From assembly GCA_018238155.1 (NCBI GenBank), contig JABCTZ010000036.1, positions 224,001 to 288,000 on the forward strand: DNA of 64,000 nucleotides, written 5' to 3'. The position numbers and the translations under genes were made by a program. A model generated the notes under the pieces. It saw only the letters and a program-made list of their open reading frames with translations. It was not told the DNA's origin and ran no database searches. This DNA is from Candidatus Heimdallarchaeota archaeon (lineage in GTDB: Archaea; Asgardarchaeota; Heimdallarchaeia; JABLTI01). Below are positions 59,195-64,000 of the stretch, in pieces (positions within the stretch are counted from its first letter, which is position 1; each line of letters begins with the position of its first letter).

Positions 59195-61453
59195 ATGATA
59201 AAAAAACTTGCACTCAAAATTATTGGTATAGATTGTTCGGGTTGCGGAAAAAATTTTGAAAAGAAATTATTAGCTGAACAAGGAATAGTTGATGCAAGGA
59301 TAAACATTGCTTATAAGAAGCTGTTTGTTGATTATGATTCTACAATTATCACTGAAACTGAAATTCATGCTATAATAAAAAATTCTGGTTTTTCAATTGT
59401 AAAAGAGGAAACCTCAAAAAGGAAGCAAGACAATTCTGATTCTCCAAATAAGCGTTTTTTCAAATCGAGTATTTTCCTGAAAAAGGAAATTTACACAACA
59501 ACACTATCTGGAATTTTACTTTTGGTTGGAATTCTTCTAGAATTTGTTTTTAAATTTGAACTAGCTTCTCTCATTGTTTTTATTTTTGGTACATTGATTG
59601 GTGGTGTTTTCATCTTTAAAAAAGCCTTTTTTGCTGCAAAAACGCTAAATTTGGATATTAATGTTCTCATGACCATAGCAGCAATTGCTGCATTGATAAT
59701 TGGTGAAGAGGTTGAAGCAACAAGTATTGTGTTTCTGTTTTCCATTGCAGAATTAGCTGAGTCATTTAGTGTTGAAAGAGCAAAGAACTCAATTGAAAAA
59801 TTGATAGATTATGCGCCTTCTGAAGCAATTGTTCTTTTTGATAATAAAGAACGCATTATGTTGGCGGAGGAGGTCGAAGTAGATTCCCATATACTCGTTA
59901 AACCCGGTCAACGCATTCCTCTTGATGGGGAAATTTTCTCAGGTGAATCATATGTAAATCAAGCACCAATTACGGGAGAATCTTTACCGGTTTCAAAAAC
60001 AGTTGGTGATGAAGTATTTGCAGGAACCTTAAATGAGGATGGTGCTCTAATAATTAGAGTAACCAAACCATATGAAGAAATTTTCTTGAAGAAAATCATT
60101 GCATTGGTCGAAAATGCTGATCAACGTGCTCCCATAGATCGTTTTGTGGACACTTTTGCTAAATATTACACACCGATTATGTTTTTAGTTGCTTCATTAA
60201 CAATGTCTATTCCTCCATTAATCACTGGTGATCCTTTCATAGAGTGGGTTTACATTGCATTGATTGTGTTAGTCATTTCCTGTCCATGTGCTGTCGTCCT
60301 TTCAACACCAATCACAATTGTTACTGCTTTAAGTCGTTCAGCTCGTAATGGTGTTCTTATCAAAGGTGGTTTTTATATCGAAAGCATTAGCAAAGCTAAG
60401 GTTTTTGCTTTCGATAAAACAGGAACTTTAACTGTTGGGCAACCTCAAGTAGAAGAAATAATCTCTAATGGAGATCTTTCAAAAGAGGAATTGCTAAAGA
60501 TAACAGGCTCTCTTGAAAGTAATTCATCTCATCCAATAGCTCGTGCAATTAAAGAAAAGATGCATGAGAAAGATATTGAACCGTATCAAATTGAAGATTT
60601 CAAATCAATAGCTGGTATTGGTATACAAGGAGAAATAGATACTCAGCTCTGGACAATTAGTAGTCCAAGATTAATAATAGAGAGAGAATTAAACATTTCA
60701 GATTCTCTTGCATCAGAGATTTCTGTAAATCAATCTGAAATGAAAACTGTTGTTATAATCAGTAATGACACTACAGTTCATGGAATTATAACTATTAGTG
60801 ATCAGATGAAACCCCACGCAAAGGGTTTTGTTTGTGAATTGAAGAATCTCGGGGCAAAAAAAATCATTATGCTAACTGGAGATAATGCAAAAACCGCTGC
60901 TCGAGTAGCAAATGAATTGGGTATAGACGATTATCGTGCTGAACTTCTTCCAGATGAAAAGATGGCTTATATTGAAAAATTGAATGATGAATATGGTCAT
61001 GTTGTTATGCTAGGTGATGGAATCAATGATGCTCCATCTTTAGCTCTCGCAGAAGTTGGAGTTGCTATGGGTGCATCAGGTTCTGATATCGCTTTAGATA
61101 CTGCAAACGTTGTTTTGATGACTGATAGATTGGATGCACTTCACTATTTGATTACATTGAGCAAAAAGTCAATGAGTATAATCAAACAAAATATTGTTAT
61201 AGCTATAATAATTAAGCTGGCTCTTTTTGTACTGTCATATATGGGATTAATTCAATTATGGATGGCCGTATTAATCGGTGATATGGGTCTCTCTCTATTT
61301 GTAATATTTAATGCTATATTGCGTGCTCGAGGAAAGATGATGAAACATTTAAATTGCGACCAAAATTTATGCCTCCAAAATGAATCACTACTAAATATCT
61401 CAAGAGAGATTGCTTGCAAAACTGGTTGTGCGTGTATTCAGTGTCAGAGTTGA
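59195..61453 (+). CDS. Heavy-metal P1B-type ATPase (ZntA/CadA-like)
   Basis: HMA GIDCSGC, TGES, CPC, DKTGTLT, HP, GDGINDAP. ATG 59195 follows GAGG (track start 59069). Confidence 0.93.
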   Translation: MIKKLALKIIGIDCSGCGKNFEKKLLAEQGIVDARINIAYKKLFVDYDSTIITETEIHAIIKNSGFSIVKEETSKRKQDNSDSPNKRFFKSSIFLKKEIYTTTLSGILLLVGILLEFVFKFELASLIVFIFGTLIGGVFIFKKAFFAAKTLNLDINVLMTIAAIAALIIGEEVEATSIVFLFSIAELAESFSVERAKNSIEKLIDYAPSEAIVLFDNKERIMLAEEVEVDSHILVKPGQRIPLDGEIFSGESYVNQAPITGESLPVSKTVGDEVFAGTLNEDGALIIRVTKPYEEIFLKKIIALVENADQRAPIDRFVDTFAKYYTPIMFLVASLTMSIPPLITGDPFIEWVYIALIVLVISCPCAVVLSTPITIVTALSRSARNGVLIKGGFYIESISKAKVFAFDKTGTLTVGQPQVEEIISNGDLSKEELLKITGSLESNSSHPIARAIKEKMHEKDIEPYQIEDFKSIAGIGIQGEIDTQLWTISSPRLIIERELNISDSLASEISVNQSEMKTVVIISNDTTVHGIITISDQMKPHAKGFVCELKNLGAKKIIMLTGDNAKTAARVANELGIDDYRAELLPDEKMAYIEKLNDEYGHVVMLGDGINDAPSLALAEVGVAMGASGSDIALDTANVVLMTDRLDALHYLITLSKKSMSIIKQNIVIAIIIKLALFVLSYMGLIQLWMAVLIGDMGLSLFVIFNAILRARGKMMKHLNCDQNLCLQNESLLNISREIACKTGCACIQCQS

Positions 61454-61575
61454 TAATTGTCTGCAAAATGACCATTTTACTTTTTTTCTTATTAAAATAT
61501 GCAGAGATTATCAACCTATTTAAATAGAAAGGAACACCATTCTTTTTGAGATTTAAATAAACAAGGTGTAAATTA

Positions 61576-62184
61576 ATGGCTATGAATATTTATAGTTCCA
61601 CTTCAATCCAATATTTATTAACAAAATGGTTTGATAAAGTGACTGAAAAACAAATACAATATACTGAATTACTTACTAATCACATTGAAACTAGTAACAA
61701 GAAAGTTCTTGGCATTGCGCTTGAGCTTCAAAAAATGCAAAATAAAATAGTGACACCAGAAGCACTTGCTAAGAAAGCAGAATTAATAAACAATGTATCT
61801 CAGATTGAACCTGATATCATATTATTAATTGAATTCATTTATAGCTACAAAAATCTGATGGATGAAATTGAAGGATTCAATCTAGAGCTTACTTCAAGAA
61901 AGAATATTCTAAAACTGATAAAATCAGAAATAGAGTACCTTAACAATTTAACAATTTCATTAAGAAATCTTATAAAATCAATAAATGCTGTTTTCAAATA
62001 TGGTTCAAAACCAAAAAAGAAAAATGAGGTTGAATTTGAACAATTTTTAAAATATTATTCAAAATTATTACGAAACCTAGGAAAGGAGTTTAGTAATTTT
62101 AAACTAGATTTTCAAAATTTAATAAATAAATTAGAAATTGAAGTAGAGCTAGCTAAGATAATTGATGAAGAAATTATTGAGTAA
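61576..62184 (+). CDS. Hypothetical helical/coiled-coil protein
   Basis: 202-aa ORF with upstream AGGTG. Confidence 0.6.
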   Translation: MAMNIYSSTSIQYLLTKWFDKVTEKQIQYTELLTNHIETSNKKVLGIALELQKMQNKIVTPEALAKKAELINNVSQIEPDIILLIEFIYSYKNLMDEIEGFNLELTSRKNILKLIKSEIEYLNNLTISLRNLIKSINAVFKYGSKPKKKNEVEFEQFLKYYSKLLRNLGKEFSNFKLDFQNLINKLEIEVELAKIIDEEIIE

Positions 62185-62378
62185 TATTCATTTTTTGTAT
62201 TGAACTTCTTCTTACTTTCAATTCTTTTTTTTCTATCCAGAGATATTCAAGTGTCAATGTCAAGTAATTGCTCTAAATATGTTTTATTCGACCAAGGATA
62301 AATAAAGGAATTTCAACAAAAGATTTAAAGATAATTAAAGTTTCTCGAATATTATCAATAGTGCTTAGGTGAACATCA

Positions 62379-62732
62379 ATGCGTGCCGAAGAAGTTATCA
62401 ATTCAACAAAACCAAAAATGTTTGGAAATTGGCGAGAATATCCTCTTGAAATAAAAATTATGGATCTCTCAACACTCGCATGGTTAGCAATTTTTATTCT
62501 TCAAATAATATTTCTAATAGCTAATGTTGAAGCAAATATTCGAACTTTTCCAATGATTATGATGCCAATCTTCATGTTTGTTGTTACATTTTCATTACGA
62601 TTAAAATTAATTGATAAACCAACATTGATTAAGAATATTTTTGCAATCTGGGTAGTTATTTTTCTGTTATTTACCTTGAGCGCAATATTAGTTTTAGCTC
62701 TCTATCCGGCATTGATGCCTTCAATTACTTAG
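62379..62732 (+). CDS. Hypothetical three-TM membrane protein
   Basis: Three hydrophobic segments; GGTGA upstream. Confidence 0.65.
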   Translation: MRAEEVINSTKPKMFGNWREYPLEIKIMDLSTLAWLAIFILQIIFLIANVEANIRTFPMIMMPIFMFVVTFSLRLKLIDKPTLIKNIFAIWVVIFLLFTLSAILVLALYPALMPSIT

Positions 62733-62886
62733 GGAAATTACTTTCCCCTTATTTCTTTCTTTCTTGTAATGGATTACATTCAACTAGAATAATAAATCGA
62801 GGGATTAAAATATTAATAAACTATTTATTTATTGTAACTAAGTAAATAGTCTATTTCTAGACTTAGGAATAAAATGGTGTGATTCT

Positions 62887-63837
62887 TTGTCTCATAAAAA
62901 CTTGGCTGATATGTCTTCCTTAAATAAAGAACTCTTAGAGAAATTAACCAAAATGGGTTATAATACAATTGAATCACTTAGTTGGTTAACTCCTGATGAA
63001 CTCGCAGAAGAAATAAAAGTAGATATAAAAACAGCTCAAAAAATTATCACTGAAGCTATTTCAAATGTTGATTCTCAACAATTTTCTGCGGCAGATTTAC
63101 TTTTGAAAGAGAAACAAAAACAAAGAATTTCTACTGGCTCAAAGAATCTCGATGAACTTTTAGGTGGAGGAATTTATACCGGTGAAATTACAGAGATCTC
63201 TGGAGAATTTGCTACAGGTAAGACACAAATTTGTTTCCAATTATCTGTTAATGTTCAGCTCCCTAATATTCAAGGTGGCTTGGACGGTAGCGTTTATTAT
63301 ATAGATACAGAAGGAACTTTTTCCTCTACAAGAGTTGCTCAGATTGCTAGTGAAAGAGGTTTCGACCCCACAAAATTTCTCGAAAATATTGCTGTAACAC
63401 GTACTTTTAATTCTGATCATTTAATGTTTTTAATTATGAATGTAGAGAAAATAATTCGTCAAAGAAATGTCAAGCTCTTAATTATTGATTCAATAGCGTC
63501 ACATTTTCGTGCTGAATACATCGGTGATAATAAACTTGTTAAAAGACAACAAGTTGTGATGAGTTTAGCTGAAACATTGAAAAAATTGCTAGACCAGTTT
63601 GAACTTGCAATAGTAGTTACTAATCAAGTCATTGCTACATTTGATGAGAGTTTATTTGATAAATCACCTCATCCTGCGTTGGGATTTGCTTGGGCTCATC
63701 GCCCTCATCAACGACTTCTTCTTCGAAAAGGTCGTGGTCCTGCTCGTATTGCTAGAATGTATGATTCATCTAGATTGCCTGACAGGGAATGTATCTTCTT
63801 TTTAGCAAAGCGAGGAATAGTTGATACCGAGAAATAG
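62887..63837 (+). CDS. RadA/Rad51-family recombinase paralog
   Basis: N-terminal helical domain, FSAA, GEFATGKTQ, YIDTEGTF, LIIDS, VVTNQV, PALGFAWAH. Confidence 0.9.
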   Translation: MSHKNLADMSSLNKELLEKLTKMGYNTIESLSWLTPDELAEEIKVDIKTAQKIITEAISNVDSQQFSAADLLLKEKQKQRISTGSKNLDELLGGGIYTGEITEISGEFATGKTQICFQLSVNVQLPNIQGGLDGSVYYIDTEGTFSSTRVAQIASERGFDPTKFLENIAVTRTFNSDHLMFLIMNVEKIIRQRNVKLLIIDSIASHFRAEYIGDNKLVKRQQVVMSLAETLKKLLDQFELAIVVTNQVIATFDESLFDKSPHPALGFAWAHRPHQRLLLRKGRGPARIARMYDSSRLPDRECIFFLAKRGIVDTEK

Positions 63838-63860
63838 GTTTGAAATTATTAAAATGATTT

Positions 63861-64000
63861 TTATTTTTCTTTCAAATGTTTTTTCCAAGAATTTTGAGGA
63901 ATATTTAGTATTGAAAGGATTTTTGACGAAGAAATTTCTCCTTCTCGAGTTATTTGAGGGACTGGTTGAATAGTAAAATCAATTATTGTTGATGGTTTTC
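63861..64000 (-). CDS. L-threonylcarbamoyladenylate synthase (TsaC/YrdC/Sua5), C-terminal part (runs off the right edge)
   Basis: Manual translation KPSTIIDFTIQPVPQITREGEISSSKILSILNIPQNSWKKHLKEK* matches the YrdC C-terminal motif PSTIxD..xREGxI. Not in the ORF track. Confidence 0.75.
   Translation of the reverse strand, partial: KPSTIIDFTIQPVPQITREGEISSSKILSILNIPQNSWKKHLKEK

Overview
AT-rich archaeal chromosomal segment, most likely from an Asgard archaeon (Heimdallarchaeia-like). The evidence is the rpS6e-aIF2gamma-Utp24/PIN operon, the archaeal DUF5814/ASH-Ski2 helicase, two longin-domain proteins and surface proteins with C-terminal anchors. The lineage is inferred from gene content, not from a search. 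I saw no rRNA, tRNA, CRISPR array or mobile element. Main blocks: (i) an RNA/translation region with ASH-Ski2 helicase, a longin protein, a divergent EF1A-family GTPase with eRF3/HBS1-like features and a PHP phosphoesterase; (ii) an ABC exporter and surface proteins; (iii) a reductive-dehalogenase island (rdhA-like plus HEAT gene, a nonsense-interrupted Acg nitroreductase with twin palindromic operators, TetR, and a second RdhA/QueG-like protein); (iv) a tight three-gene operon joining an NPRL2 (GATOR1)-like longin/winged-helix protein to an ODP-type di-iron metallo-beta-lactamase-fold protein, the best candidate for an undescribed signalling system; (v) a 12-gene complex I-like membrane-bound group 4 [NiFe]-hydrogenase; (vi) glycosylation, bactofilin and surface genes, an AN1 zinc finger fused to an apparently dead M50 protease, a P1B ATPase, and a RadA paralog with a RAD51C/XRCC3-type motif. 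Two partial genes at the edges are missing from the ORF track: a ParM-like actin-fold protein (1-201, minus) and a TsaC/YrdC C-terminus (63861-64000, minus). All family calls come from motif recognition by eye, and comparisons to reference proteins are from memory.
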